64,000 nucleotides of DNA from Klebsormidium nitens (Eukaryota > Plantae > Klebsormidiophyceae), in the NCBI GenBank assembly GCA_000708835.1, contig DF236974.1, forward strand, positions 174,626-238,625. The letters run 5' to 3'. The notes beneath the pieces are model-generated. The model was not told the origin of the DNA. It made no database searches and saw nothing but the letters and a program-made list of their open reading frames with translations. The translations under genes were made by a program, and so were the position numbers. How positions within the stretch are numbered: the stretch's first letter is position 1; every line of letters starts with the position of its first letter. This document shows, piece by piece, positions 13,391-25,700 of this stretch.

Positions 13391-13819
13391 ACAAACTGAG
13401 AACGTCGTTCTAGGTCAACATACAGGCTTGAACAGCAAGAACCTTGCAAAAACTAGCAAGGATGTCACTGATGGTGAATAGGTCAAAGTACGGACGACAG
13501 TTCTGCAGATCTATTCGAGGTTCGCAACAGGATACAAGCTGCGTCATCATTGTAAGGATTGCATCTAGCATGTCATGTGGCATACCAGATTGTCATTTTT
13601 ATGAGCGGCGGCCTCTGGCTGTACAGCTTACGTTTCCGAGCGGGTTTTGATGAGGACCTCATGTCGTCAGAAGGTTATAGGCCCGGAAGGGGAGAGGAAA
13701 CCAACTAGGAGCTGACCGTGAGGACGTTACGTGGCACTCTTTCCTCCGACCCTGAGCTTCTTCGATCAACAATTTCCAAAGCTTGATGTACGGAGCAGCA
13801 AGTTGGCTAGCTTGAAGGT

Positions 13820-15071
13820 CCATGCCAACGCGCCAGCTCGCAGCTTTCTCTCGAATTCAAGGAGGATGAAGGGGCTCGGGTGGCCACGCCCGCCCAACTC
13901 GGACGGTTCAAACGGTACGTACGCGCGGCCGCGCACTCAAAACGAACTGGTAACTGGGTGGCGCCCAAACCCCCTCAAACCCGGGCAAACTTTTCCCAGC
14001 GCGAGAGCGGCCGCCGCGATGGCGGCGCCGCGAGCGCGGCATCTCAAGGTCTCCACACTGCAGGTGTCTTAGACCTAGGACTTTTGCAGTTGCTTCAAAC
14101 CAGACGAAGCGAACGTGGCAGCTTTCTGTCTTTTTATTGTCAATCCTTCCCAGTGTTTGCCTGGATCACCGGCCGACCTTCCTTTTGAGTAACCCTCAAG
14201 CGGAATCAGCAGGTAGTCCTACGATGCTTATAAGGCTGTGGAAGAAGTACTCGAGCTTTCGTAAGTACATGCGCATCTACGTGGATGAGGTTATCCACTG
14301 GAACCAATTAATCCAGATGCAGCAGCGCGCAGAAAGAGATGGTGAGTAACCTGACAGAATGTTTCAGTAGGCTTGGCCTTGCGGACTTCGTTTGAGTTGG
14401 TGGCTCATGGCAGCTCCTCTTGCCCTCATGATTGAAAGAATAAAGGCTGAAGCCTTGTGGAAACGTTGTGCAGAGCTCGTGTAGTGTAATCAGTGCACTG
14501 AAACTTACAGGGACCTGGAGCTTCTGTAGCTGCAGTTCTGCATGTCAAAGCGCCCTGTCGTGCTTCTTTGGGGCTCTTTCGAGCGGCTAGTACGTCACGA
14601 TATATGAACAGGAAGATGTTTTTGGAATCTTAAGTAATCCGCATACTTTGTATGAGCATCTCTCCGATGTGGTGAGCTCTCTTGACAGGCGAGCAGTCGG
14701 AGGACTTGGAGAAGGGGGTAGCCCTGGCATACCGAGAAGTCCAGCGGCTTAAGAAGATCTGCAGGGAACTGGAGCAGAAGAGGCCCTTGCGTAAGTCAAC
14801 AACTCATCATCGCAGAAAAGGTGATTATATGATTACTGCAGGCAACGGAGGTTACCCAGGCTCCCAAACTTGAGCTTTCTGTTCTTTTTCACTACGCGTG
14901 GAACCAATAGAGTACAGCTTACAACTGCAAGGCTATTGCAGAATCCCGAGGAGCAACATGCGCACTAACATATTCCCGATCAGCAACCAGAACCGTTGCT
15001 AAATACCACCCCTGTCATCATTGCTTGTTTCTTCGTTAAATCAATTGACAGGTCAGCTCTGGATGAAATGA
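13820..15071 (+). CDS. Hypothetical spliced protein, probably helical; ends uncertain
   Basis: In-frame exon chain: ...QLGRFKRYVR...GLHTA (donor near 14066), GSPTMLIRLWKKYSSFRKYMRIYVDEVIHWNQLIQMQQRAERD (about 14213-14341) and GEQSEDLEKGVALAYREVQRLKKICRELEQKRPL (about 14689-14790), all with CAG acceptors and GT donors. Start codon not located; last exon ambiguous. Confidence 0.4.
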
Positions 15072-16377
15072 GTTCTTCTTATTGTATGGATCTTGTAGCA
15101 TTTGACTGTCAAGGGACTTTGGACACGATTCTCCCGGGGCCTTGATCTCTTTTTGCCTGTGTCTGCAGCAAGGAGGCCCTTAGAGATGTATCTAGCTATC
15201 TCCTTCTTCATTGAGGACACATTTACAGGAAAGATTTAGCTATCTCCTTTTTACTTGAGGAAATGTTCGGAGGAAACCAGGGGTCAAGGGAGCACTTTGA
15301 GTGACGTTGATTGCAGCTGCACGGAACAAGTGTATTGATGACGTGTGCAACACCCACAGCTTCGGCCCCTGTATCTTGTCGTGGGCCGGCGGCTGAGGTA
15401 AGAATTCTGGGCTGATAGCAGTTAGTATGGGCACTCTCTTTCGAGTTTTGTATCATTTTTTTATGGTCCTTTATTACCTGGTATACAAAGCAGAATGGCT
15501 CCGATTGCCTGCCCGCTGCCATGGCGCGAGGCGGCAGATCCCGACAGACGAGACCAGAGTAGGATCAAGCGAATGCAAGCGAGTGGCTGCCATGTCCTTA
15601 CCAACGTTCCAGTTGAAACCTCGTCACTGCCGTTTCCCAGCGGAATCGGCCGATTCTACAGGACTACAGGGCGCATAGATAGCACGTTCATCATGTTACA
15701 AACCATCATTGTCTGGAGTCAGCCGGCTCATGCTGTCGTTGAATTGCGTGTAAACTTGAGACAGTAATTCACCAACATGATCACGACTTTCAGATACATT
15801 GTCAATATCTGTACACAGGATGGACTGGAGCTTCCATGAGTATGTATGCTGCATTTCCAGGTACCTTACCAGGTACACGTGTAGGTGCCTTGCACGCTCT
15901 TCTCAACATGCATGTGAACTTCTCCCGCGTTCCGTACACCCTTCGATATACAATCAGATACTTCGTAAGGTCAGCTTTCGAAGAGACTCAGGTTTGCAAG
16001 ACAATCTCTCCCCGGACGCGGCAACCGGGAGACAGTCAAGCTCCCGCGGCCGTGCATTCCATTGCATCGCGTGGTTCTAAACCAAAATTTGAGGCCGCAA
16101 AACAAATCCGAACATGAGACCGATTTGCACTCCATCTTATAAGTGCTGCGCAAATCTGCATGTTGGTCGCGCCAGGCATGGATATGAGAAATCTAGCCAA
16201 GCGGTATATACTCCGAAGCTAGACTTACCGAGGGTGACAGCAGTGCCTGGGTTGCAGCTTCAACGGCCACAGGTCTGCTGGTAACCCCAAACTATAGATA
16301 TCTGAAACGATGGCTCATGATTGCAAAGATGCGCGCAACGGTTCAGCAATCAGAATTGCAGGCCCCTTCTGAAAGGG

Positions 16378-18453
16378 TCATCCTGTGTTCGTTTCCCCAG
16401 ATTTATCTGCAACTTCTGAAACGACCTTCACTCCTTGCGTGTCAACTTTCAACTCCTGGCCTTTGCTCGTTAATCCTTCTGATCCCGGTGATTTGCCAAC
16501 TCGACTCTGATCCCCCTCACGATCTTCCGAAACTCCCCCTTCGTCACCGTCTCTGTCTTTTGCATGAATCGAATCTGCACCGGTCGGCAACGCCTCTGCA
16601 AAATCACCTCCAGTATCTCGGGACGAAACCTCGTTCTCTTCCGGCACACCATCCAATTCCCGCTCTCCCCGTTCGGTCCCCACAGCTCCGTCTTCCTCTT
16701 CCCACTCAAACGCCCCTACGCCCGCCGACACTGACGGTGACCGGTTGCCCTGCGTGCTGTACGCTAGCAACTCAAACAGGTGCTCATTCTCTCGTTGCAG
16801 CTGCATGTTCTCCCTAGCCAGCCGTGCCTTCTCAGCAAGCAGCGCCTCTAGTTGCTGACGCACCAGGGGGTCGTCGTCCATCTTGCCCTGCACCTCCAGG
16901 CCGTCTCGTAGGACTTTGTTCTCCTCCTCTAGTTGCGAGCAGCGCTTGGTGGCGAAGTCGAGCTGCGCCTTCTGGGCTTCCACCTGGCGCTGATATTGCC
17001 GCACCTTGGTCACCATCGCAGTGGCCACCTGGACAGAAGAGCACCTTTTCGTCACAGACTGTCTGGAAGGGGCTCCTCATTGGAGAACCTGAATCGCTCC
17101 CGATCAAAGTCCATAAAAATCTGGTCAGAGTTGGTGCGGAGGGTCAAAGCTCTTTGACAAGTTATCGGAGTTAATGTGATGACCATCTCTTGGCTACAGC
17201 TTTGGAAGAAGCTACGAATACACTGCGTTGTGTAACAAAAACGAGTGTGAGTTGAACAGAGCGCATATGCTTTGTGAAGACGGTTTTTCAGGGGACACTG
17301 CAGTTGAACACTGATGTAAGTAAAAGCTAACCGTCAGAGCACACAGAGTCCTTCTTGCATACTCAGAATGTTCGATGGCATCCTCACATCTCGAGATGCT
17401 TTTAGCTGGTTAGTCACAGGGCTTCCGTCCACTCCAATTGAAGGAGACCGCTTGAGGTCATGGTTAAGGCTCGGCGGTGGCCCTTCGATGAAGTCGACCG
17501 CCTTGGTGGAGATGACGTCGAGGCTCTCCTCGATGGCGGTGCCGACCTTGTCCCCAATGAATGAGAGGGAGTTTGTGATCGCGTCCAGGCTCTTCTGGAT
17601 GCCAAATGCCTTGCTTTCACCCTGCCAAGAAAGCACCATGTAATACTGTCAGGCAACAAGGTCACGCAGGGAGCCAACAATAGACCAGCGGCGCTTGGTC
17701 TGCCATTGACACACGGTTAGAGAACCTTTGGCTTAAGGGTCAGAACAATGCCCGCATAAACTGATCTCCAAGCGGTGAAGTCCACGGCTCTCCCTGACGT
17801 ACGCATAAGTGCATGAAGCTCCTGTCAAAGAGCTGTTACTCCTGGTGGTGCACAACAGCTTCACTCTATCTGAGCTTAGTCGTTGTACCTACTACTACAG
17901 GGCCGTTTTGAGGAGCTGACGGGGCCGGGTGGTTGTGAGCTCAGACAAGACAAGGGCATCGAGGAGCTTTGATAACTCAACGCGACGATCATGCTTGAAA
18001 GCCTGAACTTCACCTGGTATGATGAGCATGATCTATGACAAATGCACCTTGCTCCCTAGTCCAGGTCGCCCTTACTCACTGCATGTTTGTCTCTAAAGGG
18101 CCACTCTAAAGGGCCACTAAAAACGGACAATTAAACAGGTTGCATTCAAGCTGAAAGACATTCCTGTCATGAGGGTCACACCGGCAACTCACTGTTTGCT
18201 TCGTCGCGGGCGCCTGCTGCTGATCTACGCGGACTTCATCAACCCTTGGCAAGTCGTCTTCTTCTGAGAAGAGACTCTTTGCCGTCTTGCTGAGGCTGGC
18301 CCAGATCCCTTCATCTACTTTCTTCTTCGACGCGGGAGTACTAGCATAGCTGTTCCCACCTGATCGAACCTTTCCATCCTGTACATTTCCTTCCATCCTC
18401 ACAGGGTTGGGCGTGCTCAATCTTTGACTATTCAAAGGCTGGGCATCCTGCAT
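16378..18453 (-). CDS. Plant uncharacterised coiled-coil protein (family of Arabidopsis At5g01970/At2g30530-like proteins), 3 exons, ~380 aa
   Basis: Exons 18193-18453, 17388-17621 and 16378-17028 join in phase 0. Motifs GIWASLSKTAKSL, GIQKSLDAITNSLSFIGD and QLKASRD|VATAM...LDFATKRCSQLEEEN...DDPLVRQQLEALLAEKARLARENMQLQRENEHL match the family as I recall it. Confidence 0.8.
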
Positions 18454-18916
18454 TGTGCTCCTAGTTCCGCCCAAACTGCGAGCTAGCACTGTAAACGGAA
18501 GGAGGACACCTGTTGCTTCCCTCAACTCGTCAATAGCGGCGCCAATGCACAGACTCTGCGAAGCAACACCCTTGCAGATGTCCAGGCAGAATGTCAAGGG
18601 ATCGCCACAGAACAGCGTCGGCCATCATTCATTGGCGAACTTTCCCTGGGCCAATTGCATGAAGCTTTGCTCCTCGATCCTCGCATTGTCGATCAACTTG
18701 GCAAGCTTGAGAAGTGGACTTGGCTGACTTGTCAACTTTAGTACGTGGCATTTAAAGTTAACCTCTCGGTCCATTATGACCGTAGGATGGACTTCAGATG
18801 CTCGATATAGAATGTTACAAACAACTAGAGCGGCCCTAGATACCCCCAATGGCAAATCCCAGCGCAGCATGATGGGGGCCGGGCCAAGCGCACTCAGACT
18901 GCCACAGTGCCAGTGC

Positions 18917-19460
18917 AATACCCATGAATTCAACACCGGATTTTGCCAACTCCGGATTTTTGCATCAATGGACCCTGCGAGGACGCGCGAAAAGTTGCTG
19001 CTACCGGGCTGTCGCAAGGGGACGACTCGGGCACTTTTTGGCCTAACCTATTCTTTTAAATGGGTTAGGTCACCGTTTGGTCTCGGGAGGGGAGCCCCGA
19101 GCTCCTGGAAGCAACGCTTCCCCAAGGGTCGGACCCCTCTGCAAGTCTCAAGACACCCCCGCCCCATTTCACCGGCTGCTGACTACGCTATCCCGTTTAA
19201 GTTTCTGTCTTATACCTAAAGGTGTAACCCGACTCCGAAGACCAAGCCCCGGCCAGACTTCGACCGGCCCCACTCCGGCCTGACTACTCCGGCCACCTTT
19301 CAACTTGCCGGGGCCGCATGTGTGCTTCAATTTAGCCCGGGTGAGGCCCACTCAGATGGGTGGTGAAGGGCGGGGAGGGACCGGGGCTTGGAGTCCTCAT
19401 CGATGATTGTGTGTCGAAAATCCGGAGTTGGCAAAATCCGGAGTAGGATTCATGGTTATT
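18917..19460. mobile_element. Non-autonomous DNA transposon (MITE), 544 bp, ~45-bp imperfect TIRs, 6-bp TSD CAGTGC
   Basis: Left end AATACCCATGAATTCAACACCGGATTTTGCCAACTCCGGATTTT; reverse complement of right end AATAACCATGAATCCTACTCCGGATTTTGCCAACTCCGGATTTT. CAGTGC flanks both sides (18911-18916 and 19461-19466). No transposase ORF inside. Confidence 0.85.
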
Positions 19461-19780
19461 CAGTGCAGACGGTCTGACTTAGCTCAATCTCGGTGGGTCC
19501 TGAGAAGAGCACTCAGCACGAAGTGGGCGCCCATGAAAGACGCTCAGATTGCTTGAGAAGACCACGCATAGAAGAAGGTTGTGATTCCGGTTGATGCTCT
19601 TGGTCCGCTGGCGATGCGACAATTCGTTCAGTAACACGCAGCTTGTGGCGGACGCTTACATTGAGCGAGTGGATCAGCGCACAGCATGCTGATTGGCATG
19701 AGGCCTACTGCAGACTCTGACTGAATAGTCGTGTCCTACTTCTGCTGGCTTTCGCCATTATAAAGTTTGCCACCCGTGAG

Positions 19781-22700
19781 ATGGCGGCCGCTCGTTCTCT
19801 GTACATTCCTATCAGAAACTCTGAGGAGCAGGTGGAGGTGGAGCTGGACAACCTGCCCGAGGATGACAACGACATTCTGGAGATTCTCAAGGCGGAGCAG
19901 GCGCCGCTCGACCTTTGGCTCGCAATCGCAGTAAGTGGCGCCTCTCAATTAAGTTGAGGTTTGCAAAGTCCATCTTGTGCATATGGTTGGGGGAAAACTT
20001 ACTTTATGTTGCAACTGATGTGCAATCGATAGTCTCTCCACAATTACAAGTGCGATGCTTGCCGCAACTTCTCATTTCAACAGGATGCCGCAGGTCCGGT
20101 GTCTTATAGGAGCTCAGCAGACACCAAGCAGCTCACTAATAAGCTTTCAAAAGCTTGACACCCATTCAAACATGGTGGCACACCTTGAAAGTAGGTCGCC
20201 AGACCAATTGCCCATTCCGTCAAAGTTCCCCAGTATCCTGTGTTCAAAAGGCCAGCATCCTGCCAAAACACCGTAGAGGATCAAAACGAAGAGGTCTTGC
20301 AATGAAGAGGAGATATCGATATGATAGCATCTTGGTTGAAGTGACCCTCGAGATGAGAGAACTTTTGCACCACCACTTTTTAGCATTCGTTGCTGACATG
20401 AGTGCATCACCGCTGTCTGCTTTCAGAGAGAGTACTACAAGCAGGGGAAGGCGGCCCAGTGCGTCCACATCCTTGAAGAAGGCTCCACAGATGGTGAGGA
20501 TCTATGTACTCATTTACAACCAGAAGTCTCAAAGTCACATAGACCAGACTTTGGCGGACTCTTTTTTTCAACTGACATGTCTTCAAGGTGTCCTCACATC
20601 TGTCGCCTAGATTGCTTGCGTAGTCCCCCGTGTTGGAGTTACAGACACCCAACCGGTTCTTTTTCATTTTTAGACGAGCTGGACTATTGAAGATCGTTAG
20701 ATCTTGGCCTCTTGCAGCCCTTGCTTTGCAAGAGGGCTTGGCGATGCCCTCATCTTTTCAGATGTCCTGTGTCCTGTGATATCACCGACTAACATCAAGC
20801 GTCATGCACCCCCTTTGACGAGTCCATTCATGAGGCAGCTGCAGAGCGGTCACGACTTACACAATTGGGGGGAACCTCACAAAGCAATGGGGAAAGTAAG
20901 ACTGCATCGCTTGATCAAGTTGCTAAAGACCTTCTTCTCTTGCAGTGGTGGACGAGTACTACCACGAGGTGATCCACGAGCGGATTGCCATCCTGAACGC
21001 GCTCGCAGCCTACTACACGACGCAGGCCAAGATCTCGCAAAAGAACGAAATCCGCAAGGACTTTTACCAGCGCGCCACGGAGCTGTATAATAAGGCCACC
21101 AGGATCAACCAGTCCGAGGTTACGACGTGGATTGGCAAGGGTGAGCAGGTCCTAAGAGAGGCAGTATCGTTGGCGATTGGCTTCACAATGAAGTTAAGAT
21201 GGCCCGATGCTTTTCAATTGTTTGGTCAGGAGCTCGAAGTCCTGTCCGTGGTGGACGTGATTGATTATTATGGCTTTCAAACCTATTGATGTTTGCTGTG
21301 AGAAATTTTTGGCCGATCTGCGACTCCTCTATGCCCTCCCAACATGCTCTTGTCACCGTCTGCATGCTTAGCAAAGCCTGACACAATTCCCGCAGCTTCA
21401 AAGCTTCCTCCTGATAATCCGGTACGAAGGACCACTTTATGTACGGTCCGGTCCTCACCTTGACAGGCCAGATGCTGTTGTCCACCGGGGAGCTGGAGCA
21501 GTCGCTAGTGAGCTTCAAGAACGCGCTGGTTATGCAGAGCGACTGCGTGCCCGCTCTCTTGGGAATGGTGAGCGTTCTCTCCCGAGCTTGTCTTGCGGTT
21601 CCCTTGAGGTCATGCTATCCAGCCTCATGGGACGAAAAACAATTTCTCAGGGGACTCGAGTGTTACGGACATTAAACAACATGTCCCCTTTATGCGCCAC
21701 CAATCAAAGGAAAAGACAGCCTTCAAATAACGGGTCAAGGGAGGCGAATGGTAAAACGGTAGTTCAGTAAGTTGCCGGTCAATGCGCGGAGTCTGAATAT
21801 GGCTCGAAGCAGACAGAATTTGTGAAAGTTCATCGTCTGCGTCGTAGACACGCGACTATTTGAACTAAAAGACGTTGCTCAATATGCCCGTGTCTTTGCA
21901 GGCAGCTGTGAAGTTCAACCAGCAGAAGTACAAGGAAGCGCTGTCGCACTACAAGGTACGACTGGCCAGCTGTCCCCACTTACGTTCCTTGCGACATGAA
22001 ATAATCGTTCCGTTCTGGTCGACTGGTTTCAGGGCTGCCTCCCCATTCCGTGCTTGTTAAAAAAAATTGAAGGTGCGAGTCCAATCCGTAACAGAGTACC
22101 TGCACTGCAGGGCGCAAGTCGCCAAGTTGTTCGGCGGCATCTTAGCTTCGGACTAATCAAAGCGGCACATCTAGTGCGCATTTGATGCTTTGGCCCTGTA
22201 AATTAAGCAGAGGGACTTACGTTTGATACCACTTGTCGTCGGGAACCACTCCGTTACGAAAACGTGACCAGCCATGCGGTGGGATTTCTTGACCGGTCTG
22301 ATTAAGTCCTCTCACACCCTGCGCAACAAGCACCTTGTAGGTCCCCTGTGCTACAGCTGCGTGCCATGTCAAACAGCCCGATGTCACTTACCTTCCCTTG
22401 ATCACCACTGTCCGAAGCACAGACACTTTGTCAGGAATGTATTTTGCTTCGCTTGACTCCATCTTTCCTCACTCTGCGCAGCGAGCGATGGTGCTGCATC
22501 CGCAGGGCCCCCCCGTGCTGCGGCTGGGCCTCGGCGCGTGCCACTTCATGCTCAACAACATGGACAAGGCGCGCCAGGCCTTCAACCGCGTCCTGCAGCT
22601 GGACCCCGAGAACGTCGACGCGCTCGTCGCGCTCGCCATGATTGACCTCAACTCGGGGGACGGTAAGTCTCTGTTTTTGTTTTCCTTTTTTGGGCCCTCT

Positions 22701-25700
22701 CCGGTCTGCTGGTTCGTACTCGTTAGAACTTGCTCGTATCACAGAACCCTTTGGTTTGGTATCCACGTGCTTTGTCTGGTCCGCGAGAACTTCTTCTGTG
22801 GCACATGTGGCTGCTGCCAGCATGCTCGCTATGATCGACCAGTACGCGGGCCTCTGTTTCGCAAGCCTGGTGTCTTATCGGTTGGCCTTTGCGGTCTGCT
22901 GATGTCGTGCTTTGGTGATTCTGCTCGCATTCAACCACTGCGTTTCTGGTAGTCATGTGCTCTGTCCGGCCTGATACTTATGGATCCCTTGTGTCAGACC
23001 TTTGCAGTGTGCATCGGGTTTAGTTGGATTAAGTTGCTTGTGGAGATGCGTTTCAATGGACCGCAGTTGCATGTCCGCATTGCCTCTGTCCCTGAGAAAG
23101 CGTGACCGTTGCTACACGAGACGGGCTGGAAGGTGGAATTGTCCCTCACATCAGCCAGGCGAAGGTCCGTTCAGAGAAACCAGATCAGGGAACGCGACCT
23201 TTTCCTCTCCTTTGTACGAAGAGATGCGACTCTTGCATACAGCGGACCCCTGCTTGACTTTACTGTCCCTCCCCGCCTCCTCTACAGAGCTGCAGATCCA
23301 GGCGGGCATGCGCCTGATGATGGCCGCCTTCCAGACGTACCCCCACTCGTCGATGGCGCTGAACCACCTGGCGAACCACTACTTCTTCACGGGGCAGCAC
23401 CACCTGGTCGACCAGCTGATGGAGTGGGCCATCATGAGCAGGTAGATTGCCGCATTCGAGACAGGCCCCTTAGAAGTTCGGGGGTGTAACACCCCTTTTG
23501 TAGCTTCTGGATCGTCCGATCGCGCCTCAAAGGCCTCGACACCAAACGTTCGGTTGCCCTGCTTCGATCGGGGCTGAACACTGCAGACTGCCTCCTTGAG
23601 TTACAGCCAATCAATTCACGCGTGCTCTGCCGTTCTGAAAATGTGGCGATCTGCCTGTGAGCAGCGACGTGGCGCAGCTCAAGAGCGAGAGCTTCTACAA
23701 CGTCGCGCGCTCGTACCACTACAAGGGCGAGTGGGACCGCGCGCAGGCGCTGTACCGCGCGAGCATGAAGGCGGCCGCGGAGGACTACGTGCAGCCGTAC
23801 TACGGTGAGGGATCCCCCGTGTGAATCTCATGGATCTTTGGTCTTGACATCGTAGTTCTTTTGGATACTTTGGGTGTAGCTTCTGTTCCTTTGAGTGTGC
23901 TTCTTCACATTGAAGGCGGCCGCCGGGGACGTGCTGCTTGGGTGTCCTGCATGATGCAGCTTCTTGGAGTTAATCTGTTTGTGGAGCAGATTCAGCTTGG
24001 AGTGTTGCGTCGGCAGAGTGCAGCCACGAGGATGGCAACATGCCTCTGTGCTCGACATCTGCTCGGCTTCCTTGCTCCTTTGTGTGAATGTGAAACGTGC
24101 TTGATGGGTTCGACAAAACAAAGAAGCCCACAGTTGCATTCTACTCCGTATAGGACACGCCCGGTCTGCCTTTATTGGCGATCCTACGCTTTTCGTTGTG
24201 CTCGTCCTTGCACAATCGGGCTCTTTGGGGAAGCATTCTGCCAAGAAACAAAATGCTGAATCGTTCGCATCCTCTCGCCTTTGTAAATACACTCTATCCC
24301 CCTCCCGCAGGTCATGCCCAGATCTGCATGCACCGGCAGGACTACGCGGCCGCGAAGGTCGACTTCGAGAAGGTGTTGTTGGTGTACCCCGAGAACCCGG
24401 ACGCGCTCAAGGCGCTGGGCAGCATCTACCAGCTAGAGGGCGACACCGCGCGTGCGCTCACCAACTTCAAGCGGGTCACCGAGATCAACCCGAAAGACAT
24501 TCAGGTACGGCCTTTTCCCGTGGGGCGTTCTCTGTCTTTCTTCCGTCCGGTAACTATTGTTCGTTGTCCATCGTGGTGTTTCTGTTGTGCTTTAGGAATA
24601 CTACGCCTCTGCGTGAAGTGGGTCCTTGCAATATGACCCTCCACGTTCATTGATTTCTATTTGCCAGGCGTGGATGATTCTGGGCGAGCCGCTCCTCGCG
24701 TTTCACCATGAACGGAGTTACGACTTGACACTCAAACTTGGGATTCTGCCCGCTCTGCACTTCAGGCTCATCTGAAACCCCCATACTACCCCGCCCGTCC
24801 CAGGGAGGCTTTCTTATCATATCCTTCGCTTGTAATGATCATGTTTACATACTCGTCTTTCTTTGCAGGCGTGGGTGGAGCTGGGCGAGCTGCTTCTGGC
24901 GTCCGACTTCAGCGGCGCGCTGCGCGCCTTCACGACCGCCGTCGCGCTCATGAACAAGCGCGACGACCCCATTCCCCCCGCGCTTCTCAACAACATGGGC
25001 GTGCTCTACTTCGAGAAAGGGGAACACGCCCTCGCTCTAGGCGCGTACACCGAGTCTCTCGGCCCAGGCCCTTGGTTTGACCTGCTCAACGCTCAAGCGG
25101 CCCGGGGGGTCGAAGAGGGATCCCTCGAGAACGGCGAGGTGGCGCCAGATGGCGCGCTGACGTTGGACGACGTGGAGCACGTGGACTTGCCTGCGGACAA
25201 GGTCACGACGGTGTATAACCTGGCGCGAGTGTTTGAGCGGGTGCACGAGACAGGGAAAGCAGAGACGCTGTACCGATTCCTGCTCAAGAAGGTGGGGGGG
25301 GCCTATTAGGGGACTGCACGCTGCTTGTTCTTGTACTTTCGGGTGTCTTGTGGTGCCGAGTTTGCTATTTTGTTTTGGACCCCTATTCCAATCTGTTTGC
25401 TCCTTTGGGGCCTTGAGGCAGCTCGCGGTTGCAGTTCTGGAGGATAGGAACTGGGCTGGAAATCTTGAGCTTCTGCTGTAACCCGTATTCGATTGTCAGA
25501 AGTTGGAGAGCCGCGTGGCTTTTAGCAAACCTTGGGATAGAGAACGTGCGACACAACCTCATGTTATGCGTTTGTGAGACACTTTGAGCTGCCGTTAAAT
25601 CACAACCCTCGTTACTGCAGATTCCCCAGTACAGCGACTGCCTCCTCCGGTTGGCAGCCATCGCCCAAAATCGGAAGGATTACGTCGGCGCTCTGAAGCT

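Noticed and set aside
15192-15262. ~45-bp direct duplication (TAGCTATCTCCTT...TGAGGA)
   Set aside because: A simple two-unit local duplication with no link to a splice site or element that I could show.
16317-17174. Plus-strand ORFs 16317-16817 and 16824-17174
   Set aside because: Antisense shadows of the last exon of the coiled-coil gene.
18776-19219. 147-aa ORF as the MITE's transposase
   Set aside because: It begins outside the element, has no DDE-like motifs, and the element is only 544 bp.
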